Program-made: the position numbers and the translations under genes
In this document: positions 7,838 through 16,496 of the stretch, piece by piece
Layout of the letters: every line of letters begins with the position of its first letter
How positions within the stretch are numbered: the first letter of the stretch is position 1
Notes under the pieces: model-generated
Seen by the model: the letters and a program-made list of their open reading frames with translations, nothing else
Databases searched by the model: none
What the model was told of the DNA's origin: nothing
Source: an uncultured archaeon
GTDB taxonomy: Archaea > Asgardarchaeota > Thorarchaeia > Thorarchaeales > Thorarchaeaceae
DNA length: 23,093 nt
Assembly (NCBI GenBank): GCA_964354495.1
Contig: CAYHAA010000026.1
Coordinates: 1 to 23,093, forward strand
Direction of reading: 5' to 3'

Positions 7838-8698
7838 ATGATGACACTCAAAGTAGCTATTCCAGACACCTCACTGATTGACTGCACAGATCTAAGGCAG
7901 AAGACAGTAAAGGTCGGTCAAATTGCGCGTGCACTAGTCATCTTTCGAGTAGAGGAGGTCATTGTCTATAGTACTGGGAAACTGCCGTCTACACAGACGA
8001 TGGACGTTGACTTGCTTGTGAAACTACTGAGATTCTTAGACACTCCACAGTACCTCAGACGGAGAGTCTTTCCCCAGTCCCCATCGCTACAATATGCGGG
8101 GCTTCTTCCTCCTCTGAGGACGCGCAGTCATCCTCTCTCGTCGAAAGTCACAGACATGACGGTTGGCATAGTGAGATGGGGGATTCAAGTCCGTTCTGGG
8201 AAGATTGACCTAGGACTTGACGAGCTCATTGATTCTCCTATGATGGTGAGCGAACGTGATCCGACCCTCTTCAGGGTTGAAGCGACTACTCCCACAATGT
8301 CTCTGGCCGTCATAAGCAGGTCTGATGTTCCAGTCTATTGGGGATATGTGGCCAGTCGAGCTGGGTGCCTGCTTGATTTACTTAAAGACTCCAGCGATAT
8401 GACGCGAATCGGCTTTTCGAGAAAGGCGCCCCCTTTCCAGAAACTGGAGAAAGACCTGAAATCCACAGTATCCAATACGGGCTCAGTCCTTGCTGTATTT
8501 GGGAGCCCAGACAGAGGTATCCTTGAGCTCTGTGACTCACAGAGAGATGATGTCAAAAATCATATTGATTTCTGGGCAAATACGATAGATGACCAAGGGT
8601 CCGAGACTGTCCGTCTGGAAGAGGCACTTACGGTCACCTTAGGTCTCTTGAACAGCACAGTAGGAAAGGTAATCGCCCGACCTGGCTTCTATGCGTAA
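7838..8698 (+). CDS. SPOUT-class RNA methyltransferase, DUF171/MTH1 (SPOUT1-like) family
   Basis: KVGQIARALVIFRVEE, TPQYLRRRVFP...LQYAGLLPPL, VFGSPDRG and NTIDDQGSETVRLEEA. Confidence 0.9.
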   Translation: MMTLKVAIPDTSLIDCTDLRQKTVKVGQIARALVIFRVEEVIVYSTGKLPSTQTMDVDLLVKLLRFLDTPQYLRRRVFPQSPSLQYAGLLPPLRTRSHPLSSKVTDMTVGIVRWGIQVRSGKIDLGLDELIDSPMMVSERDPTLFRVEATTPTMSLAVISRSDVPVYWGYVASRAGCLLDLLKDSSDMTRIGFSRKAPPFQKLEKDLKSTVSNTGSVLAVFGSPDRGILELCDSQRDDVKNHIDFWANTIDDQGSETVRLEEALTVTLGLLNSTVGKVIARPGFYA

Positions 8699-8786
8699 CC
8701 TGTTCTCATACGCGACCTTTTTAGACGAATAGGAACGTATCTATCAACTCGATGCGCATCGGACAAGATTATCTGAGGCCCTCACA

Positions 8787-11153
8787 ATGCAGACAGAACG
8801 TGTTCAGCGACTACGAGAACAGAGTGTGAGCACAAAGCCCTATATCTGCACAGAACGTGCTGAGCTCCTGACCGACTTCTATCAGAGTGGCGGAGCAGAC
8901 ACAGTGTCCACTCCGGTTGCAAGGGCATTGGCCTTCAAGTACATCCTAGAGAACAAGACAATCATAATCAATGATGGGGAGTTGATAGTAGGCGAACGTG
9001 GTTCAGCTCCACGAGCAACTCCCACTTATCCTGAGTTATGTTGTCACTCAATCAATGACCTTGAGATAGCCAGCTCACGAGAGCGAACGCCCTTTTTGGT
9101 CAGTGACGAGGCTCTCAGTACGTATCGTGATGAGATTATTCCGTTCTGGACTGGGAGAACAATGCGTGAACGGGTCTTTGGTGCAATGTCTGATGAGTGG
9201 ATGACCGCTTTTGAGGCAGGAGTATTCACAGAGTTCATGGAGCAGCGAGCTCCTGGCCATGCGATTCTTGACGATAAGATCTATCGGCGCGGGCTCTTAG
9301 AGTTCATTGATGACATCAAGCAAGCTCTGTCCAAGCTGGATTACTATAATGACTCCGAGGCATATGGCAGAGAACAAGAACTCAAGGCCATGCAGATTGC
9401 TGCAGAGGCAGTAGTATTCTTCGCACAGCGACACGCAGAAATGGCAAGGGAACTTGCGGAGTCTGAAACCGACCCTGTCCGCAGAAACGAACTGCTACAG
9501 ATTGCAGAGATCTGTACCCGCGTCCCCGGAAACGCTCCTCGTACCTTCTGGGAGGCACTACAGGCATACTGGTTTGTCCACTTGGGGGTAATTATCGAAC
9601 TGAATGTCTGGGACAGTTTCAATCCTGGACGTCTGGATGTGAATCTCATTCCATTCTATCTGAAGGATGTTAGTGATGGAACACTCACTAGGGGGTCTGC
9701 AAAAGAACTTCTGCAGTGCTTCTGGGTCAAGTTCAACAACCATCCAGCTCCTCCCAAGGTAGAGATCACTGAACAGCAGAGCGGCACATACCAAGACTTT
9801 GCTCTCATAAACACTGGAGGCCTGAATTCGGACGGTACAGATGCTGTCAACGAGGTTTCCTACCTCATCCTAGAGGTCTGTAATGAGATGCGACTCATAC
9901 AACCCAGTGTCTGCATCCAGATGAGCACGAAGAATCCTGAACGTTTTCTAATGTCTGCTGTCGATGTTGTGAAGGAAGGTTTCGGTCAGCCCTCTATGTT
10001 CAATACTGATATGATCATCAAGGAGTTGTTGCGCGCAGGGAAGTCCATTGAAGATGCTCGGGCTGGAGGCCCGAGTGGATGTGTCGAAATCAGTGCCTTT
10101 GGGAAAGAGAGCTGTATCTTGACAGGCTACTGCAACTGGCCAAAGATACTTGAAATTACGCTGCACAACGGTGTAGATCCTCGTACAGGCAAACAGGTAG
10201 GGATTCAGACTGGACTTGCCACTGATTTCGTATCATTTGAGGAGTTGTTCTCTGCATACAAGAAGCAACTACGATACTTCATTGATATCAAGATCAAGGG
10301 CAACAACATCATTGAACGTCTGTACGCGGAGCATATGCCTGCTCCCTTCATGTCTCTACTGATTAACGACTGTATTGCAAAGGGTAGGGATTATCATGAT
10401 GGTGGCCCACGTTACAACTCCACGTACATACAAGGCGTGGGAATGGGAACTGTCACTGACTCGCTGTCCGCAATCAAATACCACATCTTTGGTCAACAGA
10501 GCTATTCCATGGCTGGACTACTTGAAGCGATGAGTACTGATTTCAAAACAGACGAAGTCATGAGAATGTCTCTACTGAATAAGACACCAAAGTACGGAAA
10601 TGATGATGATTTCGCAGATGAGATAGCACAATCCGTCTTCGAGGCGTATTTTGATTCGATTGATGGTCGTCCAAATACAAAGGGTGGTGAGTATCGCGTC
10701 AACCTTCTCCCGACTACAGTGCACATCTACTTTGGGCAGGTGACAGGTGCCACACCCGATGGCAGGAAGGCTGGCAGCCCATTATCTGATGGAATCTCTC
10801 CAAGTCATGGTGCTGACAAGAACGGCTCTACAGCAGTGATCAAGTCTGCTGCAAAGATTGACCATTCCAAGACAGGAGGGACACTTCTCAATCAAAAGTT
10901 CATGCCTGACATACTTGCAGGTCAGGAGGGAAGGCGAAAGCTTGCTGATCTTGTCCGTACATACTTCAAACTAGGTGGTCATCATATCCAGTTCAATGTC
11001 ATCAAGGCTGAGACCTTGCGGGATGCACAAGCTCATCCTGAATCCTATCAGAACCTCATCGTCAGAGTAGCTGGTTATTCGGACTACTTCGTCAACATAG
11101 GGAAGGACCTGCAAAACGAGATTCTGGCTAGAACCGAACAGAGCCATTTCTAG
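8787..11153 (+). CDS. hypD: Glycyl radical enzyme, trans-4-hydroxy-L-proline dehydratase-like
   Basis: RVAGYS glycyl loop (G763) and SGCVE (C432, E434). TEFMEQRAPGH, ELNVWD, PAPPKV, SGTYQDF and LPTT match recalled C. difficile HypD residues at a constant offset of 2. Confidence 0.85.
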   Translation: MQTERVQRLREQSVSTKPYICTERAELLTDFYQSGGADTVSTPVARALAFKYILENKTIIINDGELIVGERGSAPRATPTYPELCCHSINDLEIASSRERTPFLVSDEALSTYRDEIIPFWTGRTMRERVFGAMSDEWMTAFEAGVFTEFMEQRAPGHAILDDKIYRRGLLEFIDDIKQALSKLDYYNDSEAYGREQELKAMQIAAEAVVFFAQRHAEMARELAESETDPVRRNELLQIAEICTRVPGNAPRTFWEALQAYWFVHLGVIIELNVWDSFNPGRLDVNLIPFYLKDVSDGTLTRGSAKELLQCFWVKFNNHPAPPKVEITEQQSGTYQDFALINTGGLNSDGTDAVNEVSYLILEVCNEMRLIQPSVCIQMSTKNPERFLMSAVDVVKEGFGQPSMFNTDMIIKELLRAGKSIEDARAGGPSGCVEISAFGKESCILTGYCNWPKILEITLHNGVDPRTGKQVGIQTGLATDFVSFEELFSAYKKQLRYFIDIKIKGNNIIERLYAEHMPAPFMSLLINDCIAKGRDYHDGGPRYNSTYIQGVGMGTVTDSLSAIKYHIFGQQSYSMAGLLEAMSTDFKTDEVMRMSLLNKTPKYGNDDDFADEIAQSVFEAYFDSIDGRPNTKGGEYRVNLLPTTVHIYFGQVTGATPDGRKAGSPLSDGISPSHGADKNGSTAVIKSAAKIDHSKTGGTLLNQKFMPDILAGQEGRRKLADLVRTYFKLGGHHIQFNVIKAETLRDAQAHPESYQNLIVRVAGYSDYFVNIGKDLQNEILARTEQSHF

Positions 11154-11358
11154 TGCTTCTTCGTGCTCTCACTCTCCCTGCGCCATGTGGGAGCATCACA
11201 CACTGAAGACATCCCTCTTCCTAGGCCCGGTAGGCACATACTCCGAGATGGTCTTGAGAACAACGTTAAAAAGGATATCAAAACGCGGTCTTCACTTGTA
11301 GTACGAATAGCCCTAGTTGATTGGCCATTCGATACGGATACTAAAAGTGGTGTTTGAG

Positions 11359-12369
11359 TTGGCGCACAGAAAAAAGGAAGCACCAAGACGTGGCAGTCTA
11401 GCATACTTGCCACGAGGTAGGGCCTCTAAATTTGTGCCCCGTATCAAGAATTGGCCTGAGTATAAGGAATCGGCTGCAAAACTACTCGGCTTCATCGGTT
11501 ACAAGGCGGGCATGACTCATGCTGTTGTGACAATAAACAATCCTGAGAGTCCATTCAATGGACAGGAAACAGTTGTCCCAGTCACAGTCATTGATGCCCC
11601 ACCAATCAGGCCGTTCTCAGTTCGCGGTTATGAAGCGACTCCCTATGGCTTGAGGCTTGTATCAGAAGTTCTTGCCAGCAATCTGTCGGAAGACCTTCGA
11701 AAGACATTGCCACTGCCAAAAGAGTACAGTCATGAGACCAAGATGACTGAGTTCGAGTCAAAGCTCGACTCGTTTACCGAAATCCGGATGCTTGTACACA
11801 CTCAGCCAAGACTTGCGGGACTATCGAAGAAGAAGCCTGATGTAACGGAATACAAGGTAGGCACTGATGGTAATGCCAGAGCGGCCTTTGAGTATGCCAA
11901 GAGCATTCTTGGCACTGATGTCCGTGTGGCAGACATCCTTAACGAGGGAATTCTCATCGATACGATTGCGGTGACCAAGGGTCATGGCTTTCAGGGCGTA
12001 GTCCGCCGTTGGGGTGTTGGAATTCTTCAGCACAAATCTAGAAAGACAAAGCGTGGAGTAGGCTGTATCGGTCCATGGGTCCCATCCAGTATTAGGTATA
12101 CGGTGCCTAGGTCAGGTCAGACCGGTTTCCACAAGCGTACAAGCTTCAACAACATGGTGCTGAAGATGGGCGAACGTGGCGAGGAAATCACACCATCTGG
12201 TGGATTTATGAACTACGGAGTGATTCGCGGCGACTACATAATGCTTCATGGGTCAATTCCTGGTACAATAAAGCGACCAGTGAGACTCAGACTTGCCATA
12301 CGTCCGAAGATGGGTCAGAAAGAGGGCCCGATGCAGGTGAGCTACGTCAGCACATCATCGAAGCAATAG
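11359..12369 (+). CDS. rpl3: 50S ribosomal protein uL3
   Basis: HRKKEAPRRGSLAYLPR, GYKAGMTH and TKGHGFQGVVRRWG. Start set at TTG 11359 behind a GGTG SD-like site, rather than 11317. Confidence 0.97.
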   Translation: MAHRKKEAPRRGSLAYLPRGRASKFVPRIKNWPEYKESAAKLLGFIGYKAGMTHAVVTINNPESPFNGQETVVPVTVIDAPPIRPFSVRGYEATPYGLRLVSEVLASNLSEDLRKTLPLPKEYSHETKMTEFESKLDSFTEIRMLVHTQPRLAGLSKKKPDVTEYKVGTDGNARAAFEYAKSILGTDVRVADILNEGILIDTIAVTKGHGFQGVVRRWGVGILQHKSRKTKRGVGCIGPWVPSSIRYTVPRSGQTGFHKRTSFNNMVLKMGERGEEITPSGGFMNYGVIRGDYIMLHGSIPGTIKRPVRLRLAIRPKMGQKEGPMQVSYVSTSSKQ

Positions 12370-12373
12370 GAGG

Positions 12374-13174
12374 ATGACATCTATGGCAACCGTAAAGACT
12401 TACACATTAACTGGTAAGGCCAGTAAGGAAACAATCGAACTACCGCCCCATTTTGATACTCCCTATCGTCCCGATGTGATCAGGAGGGCAGTGTTGGCAG
12501 TCCAGTCACGTAGATTCCAACCACATGGTGTTGATGAACTGGCAGGCAAGCGCAACACTGCTCAGAGTTGGCAGACTGGTCACGCCAAGGCCAGAGTACC
12601 AAGAATCAAAGGCAGTGGAACAGGCGCAGCTAACAAGGCAGGTTTTGCTCCTAGTACCGTGGGCGGCAGAAGGGCACATCCTCCGGAGGCACGAAAAGTC
12701 ATTGTTGAGCGCGTGAACGTCAAAGAGAATCGACTGGCTATCCGTTCAGCAATTGCAGCTACTGCAAACTCGCAGTTCGTGAAGAAGAGAGGCCACAAGA
12801 TAGACAATGTACCCATCATTCCCCTCGTTGTGAGTAGCAAGCTTGAATCAGTTGCCACCACGAAGGAGGCATATGACACACTTGCTGCACTGGGACTTGG
12901 CGATGACCTTGAGAGAGCTAGCAACGGCCGTGTCATCAGAGCTGGCAAAGGAAAGATGCGGGGTCGGAAGATGAAGACCCCGAAATCGCTACTGATTGTC
13001 GTCGGTACCGACTCTGGAATTGGCGCAGCCGCAAGGAATCTTCCTGGAGTGGACATTGCTGAGGTCCAGGGTCTGAATGCGGAGCTCTTGGCTCCTGGAA
13101 CACATGCAGGACGCCTGGTGGTCTGGACAACTTCGGCCATTGACAGGCTTGGAAAGGAGAATCTATTCATCTGA
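12374..13174 (+). CDS. rpl4: 50S ribosomal protein uL4
   Basis: RPDVIRRAV, AQSWQTGHAKARVPR, GGRRAHPP and LAPGTHAGRL. Confidence 0.97.
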   Translation: MTSMATVKTYTLTGKASKETIELPPHFDTPYRPDVIRRAVLAVQSRRFQPHGVDELAGKRNTAQSWQTGHAKARVPRIKGSGTGAANKAGFAPSTVGGRRAHPPEARKVIVERVNVKENRLAIRSAIAATANSQFVKKRGHKIDNVPIIPLVVSSKLESVATTKEAYDTLAALGLGDDLERASNGRVIRAGKGKMRGRKMKTPKSLLIVVGTDSGIGAAARNLPGVDIAEVQGLNAELLAPGTHAGRLVVWTTSAIDRLGKENLFI

Positions 13175-13185
13175 GGTGAGCTATC

Positions 13186-13449
13186 ATGAGAGATCCAAAT
13201 GAAGTGATTATCCGACCAGTTGTGACAGAGGCCAGTCTTAAGGCCGTGGATAAAGAGAACAAGCTTGTATTCTATGTTGCATTCAACGCCAACAAGAACA
13301 CTATTCGGTGGGCAGTGGAATCCCTCTACGAAGTCGTAGTGGCTAAAGTCAACACGCTCATAATGCCTGATGGAAGAAAGAAGGCATTTGTGAGATTGGC
13401 GCCAGAGTATAGTGCTGCAGAGGTTGCGACCAACCTCGGGATATTCTAG
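13186..13449 (+). CDS. rpl23: 50S ribosomal protein uL23
   Basis: IIRPVVTEAS, NKLVFYV and KVNTLIMPDGRKKAFVRL. GAGGTGA SD at 13173-13179. Confidence 0.97.
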   Translation: MRDPNEVIIRPVVTEASLKAVDKENKLVFYVAFNANKNTIRWAVESLYEVVVAKVNTLIMPDGRKKAFVRLAPEYSAAEVATNLGIF

Positions 13450-13461
13450 GGAGGCTTATGA

Positions 13462-14172
13462 ATGGGCAGACGTATACTTGTACAACGAAAAGGGAGAGGT
13501 ACTACTCAGTGGAGGTCTCCGGGCCACAAGAAGATTGCACCGGCTCGACATCCCAAATGGGCACCCGGCAAGACCTATGTGGGAACAATTGTCAATCTCC
13601 ACCACGAATCAGGTAGAGGAGCACCTCTTGCTGTAGTGAGATACGGGGGCGAGACCAAGCTTCACTACATGGTGGCACCCGAAGGAGCGCAGGTTGGCCA
13701 GATGCTAGAGTGTGGCGAGAATGCACATCTAGAGAACGGCAACACCATGATGCTTGAATACATCCCAGAAGGCACACCTGTCTATAACATAGAGGGCAGT
13801 CCTGGTGACGGTGGGAAGTATGTCAAGGCATCAGGCCTTACTGCGACGATTGTGTCAATCGACAAGACAAGGGCAATGATCAGACTTCCAAGCGGCGCCC
13901 AGAAGGCATTCAGTCCGCGATGCCGAGCAACAATAGGTATCGTCGCTGGTGGTGGTCGGCCAGAAAAGCCATTCTTGAGAGCAGGTGCGGTCTGGCATTC
14001 TGTCAGCGGAACAGCACAAAAGTGGCCTGTGGTCCGAGGTACTGCGATGAATGCGTGCTCACATCCACACGGTGGTCATTCTCATAAACCAAAGACGAGT
14101 AGTAGGAATGATCCTCCCGGTCGTAAGGTGGGTAGCATCGCAGCTCGAAGAACTGGTCTCAAGTCAAAGTAA
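13462..14172 (+). CDS. rpl2: 50S ribosomal protein uL2
   Basis: MGRRILVQRKGRG, HESGRGAPLA, VRGTAMNACSHPHGG and PPGRKVGSIAARRTG. Confidence 0.97.
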   Translation: MGRRILVQRKGRGTTQWRSPGHKKIAPARHPKWAPGKTYVGTIVNLHHESGRGAPLAVVRYGGETKLHYMVAPEGAQVGQMLECGENAHLENGNTMMLEYIPEGTPVYNIEGSPGDGGKYVKASGLTATIVSIDKTRAMIRLPSGAQKAFSPRCRATIGIVAGGGRPEKPFLRAGAVWHSVSGTAQKWPVVRGTAMNACSHPHGGHSHKPKTSSRNDPPGRKVGSIAARRTGLKSK

Positions 14173-14181
14173 GAATCCATT

Positions 14182-14216
14182 AGAGAAGAGGCTACTCTTC
14201 TCTTCTTCCCTTTTTT
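14182..14216 (+). terminator. Hairpin plus U-tract terminator ending the rpl3-rpl2 unit
   Basis: Perfect 9-bp stem AGAGAAGAG-GCTA-CTCTTCTCT followed by TCTTCCCTTTTTT, 10 nt after the rpl2 stop. Confidence 0.75.
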
Positions 14217-14287
14217 AACCCAATCAGTACGTGAGTATTACACACAGCCATATGCCACTTGTTCCTCAATTGCACAGAGGACTCGCC

Positions 14288-14470
14288 ATGCGGCTCATAG
14301 CAGTGCACTTGCCCGATAGGATTCTGGACGACATCCAACAACTGGTCAAAAATGGTCTCTACCCTAATCGGTCCGAGGCGATCAGAATTGCCATCCGTGA
14401 CCTTCTGAAACGGGAGTTATGGGATCAAAGCATGCTCCCAAACGAGCGAATCAGTGAGGTCGTGGGATGA
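14288..14470 (+). CDS. cdrS: Ribbon-helix-helix transcription factor, CdrS-like cell-division regulator
   Basis: MRLIAVHLP...GLYPNRSEAIRIAIRDLL is an RHH signature. Its stop overlaps the ftsZ start (ATGA). Start reassigned from 14231 to ATG 14288. Confidence 0.8.
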   Translation: MRLIAVHLPDRILDDIQQLVKNGLYPNRSEAIRIAIRDLLKRELWDQSMLPNERISEVVG

Positions 14471-15726
14471 TGAAGTCGTTCATTGATTCTGCTCGCGAGA
14501 ACAGCCATACCGAGCGAGGCTCTTCTAGTGCGCGTGATGTCGGCCAGGCACGTATTGTCGTAGTCGGCTGTGGAGGCGCTGGAAACAACACCGTGAAGAG
14601 ACTCATGACCATAGGAATCCAGGGTGCTGAGTGCATAGCAATCAACACAGATCGGCAACACCTAGCTGTTACAACAGCGCATAGGAAACTGCTAATTGGT
14701 GAGAGAATCACTCGGGGGCTTGGAGCCGGAGGCTATCCCCATGTTGGCAAAGCCGCAGCAGAGGAGTCCGCTGGGCAGCTGACAGAACTGCTTCGTGACG
14801 CCGATCTTGTCTTCATTGCGGCAGGCTTGGGTGGCGGTACCGGAACTGGCAGTGCTCCCGTTGTTGCAGAGATTGCGAAGAAGAACGATGCCATTGTTGT
14901 GGGCGTTGTGACAATGCCCTTCAGTCTCGAACGGTCCCGAATCGACAAGGCCAAGGCAGGCCTTGCTCGTCTGCAGGAAAACGTCGATACGGCAGTAGTA
15001 ATTGATAATCAGAAGCTCATGGAACTGGTTCCTGATCTCCCCTTGGAGGAAGCATTTGGAGTCGCTGACGAAGTCCTTGCAAACATGGTCAAGGGCATTA
15101 CTGAGACCATCACTATGCCAAGTCTAATCAATCTGGACTATGCTGATGTACGGTCAATCATCTGCAATGGTGGAGTCGCTCTTGTAGGTCTTGGAGAGGC
15201 TACAGGACCTGACCGAGTTCAAGAGGCAATCAAGAACGCACTTAACAGCCCATTACTAGAAGTGGAATGGGACGGCGCAACTGGAGCATTGATTCACATC
15301 ACCGGTGGTCCAGATATGAGCCTCGCAGAGGCCAACAAGGTAGGAGAGATACTTTCCGAAAAGATGAGCCCGAATGCGAATGTCATCTGGGGGGCACGTG
15401 TTGACCCAAGACTGGGTGGTATACTACGTGTCATGCTCATACTCACTGGTGTGAAGAGTCCACAGCTACTTCCGCGCTCCAAGGAAGAATCTGGAATCTC
15501 AGTGGCAACAAAACGTCTGGCTGAGTATGGGATCATTGGGTCAAAAACAGAAGCACTAGGATCAGCTCAAGCAAGAGCAACCGCCTTTGGCAAGCTCCCC
15601 GAATCTCCTCGCGGAAATTGGGAAGATCGCCTGAAACCTCTAGAACGGACACTCTCTAGTCGAAAACAGAACGAGTATTCCAAAAAGAAGGAGCTCGAGG
15701 AGCTCGGACTCCGCAAGCTTCTCTAG
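14467..15726 (+). CDS. ftsZ: Cell division protein FtsZ (FtsZ2-like)
   Basis: VVGCGGAGNN, INTDRQHL, GLGAGG, tubulin signature GGGTGTG and T7 loop NLDYADV. Confidence 0.96.
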   Translation: MMKSFIDSARENSHTERGSSSARDVGQARIVVVGCGGAGNNTVKRLMTIGIQGAECIAINTDRQHLAVTTAHRKLLIGERITRGLGAGGYPHVGKAAAEESAGQLTELLRDADLVFIAAGLGGGTGTGSAPVVAEIAKKNDAIVVGVVTMPFSLERSRIDKAKAGLARLQENVDTAVVIDNQKLMELVPDLPLEEAFGVADEVLANMVKGITETITMPSLINLDYADVRSIICNGGVALVGLGEATGPDRVQEAIKNALNSPLLEVEWDGATGALIHITGGPDMSLAEANKVGEILSEKMSPNANVIWGARVDPRLGGILRVMLILTGVKSPQLLPRSKEESGISVATKRLAEYGIIGSKTEALGSAQARATAFGKLPESPRGNWEDRLKPLERTLSSRKQNEYSKKKELEELGLRKLL

Positions 15727-15841
15727 ACGATGCCATCGTGGTGAAGCGATAGAGTTGGCCGATTGATGCAGCAATGGACCTAGTTCGACCTAGTCATGAC
15801 TCGAGTTGTCTTTTGTATCTGCCAATGTTTCTGATTACTAC

Positions 15842-16276
15842 TTATGCAAGACCATGTTCTTTCAGCCATTCATCCGCAATAGCTGCTACACGTTCGTACA
15901 GAGGCCCTGATCCATCTACTCCCTCAGGTGTTATTCGTATCTTGTTCATCACTACGATGACTCCAGTTTCAGGATAGAAGTTTACGCCTCCTGGTGGGAA
16001 TGTCTTCTCTAGTTCCTTAGCAAGGCCCTCAAGACTAATCTCTTTCTGGGCTACTGAGAATGTACTGATACTGCTACCATAGATGAAGATCTTCGGGATG
16101 TTAGTCCCGCCACCTGCGACAACAACATCTGATAGGATGATGCTCAGGGTTGCCTGATCAATTCCCTTGAGAGTGCCTTGGTAGACCTTTCCTTCCTTTG
16201 TCGTGACTTCGACTGTTGCACCGACAACCGCTGCCAATTCGCGGTTGAAGGTTCTCATTGCTGCGACATCTGACAT
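15842..16276 (-). CDS. Sm-like (Lsm) protein with a C-terminal extension, SmAP3 type
   Basis: Sm1 motif (VEVTTKEGKVYQGTLKGID...SIILSD) and Sm2 motif (KIFIYGSSI), plus a ~65-aa C-domain (LAKELEKTFPPGGV...VMNKIRI). 144 aa. Confidence 0.85.
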   Translation of the reverse strand: MSDVAAMRTFNRELAAVVGATVEVTTKEGKVYQGTLKGIDQATLSIILSDVVVAGGGTNIPKIFIYGSSISTFSVAQKEISLEGLAKELEKTFPPGGVNFYPETGVIVVMNKIRITPEGVDGSGPLYERVAAIADEWLKEHGLA

Positions 16277-16282
16277 AAAGTT

Positions 16283-16313
16283 TCACCACTAAAGCAAGTA
16301 GCTTTAGAGGTGA
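16283..16313. repeat. 31-bp inverted repeat covering the Lsm SD sequence
   Basis: TCACC-A-CTAAAGC-AAGTA-GCTTTAG-A-GGTGA: 12 paired positions with one symmetric mismatch. Confidence 0.8.
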
Positions 16314-16330
16314 GGGCTGCAGGTTTCCTG

Positions 16331-16338
16331 TTTTAAAA
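16331..16338 (-). promoter_or_regulatory. Putative TATA box for the Lsm gene
   Basis: TTTTAAAA 55 nt upstream of the ATG. Confidence 0.45.
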
Positions 16339-16496
16339 TTGCTGATAGAGTCTGAACTTGTCGAGCGCCAAGAGAACACGCTAATGTGACCAGTGTCTAT
16401 TGTACTGCGTCCGCTTTGCGTGAACTGGGTTTATCGGTGCTTAAATTGCATGAACCATCATGACAAGTCAGTTCATACAGGAGCAGAGAGCTTCCA

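Noticed and set aside
8715-11275. CCTTTTTA / TAAAAAGG inverted 8-mers flanking hypD as transposon ends
   Set aside because: They are short and low-complexity, better explained as terminator or TATA elements. There is no transposase or target-site duplication.
15760-15835. Possible C/D-box sRNA between ftsZ and the Lsm gene (TGATG...CTGA, GACCTAGT twice)
   Set aside because: The C box is degenerate, no convincing D'/C' pair exists and the guide lengths are wrong.
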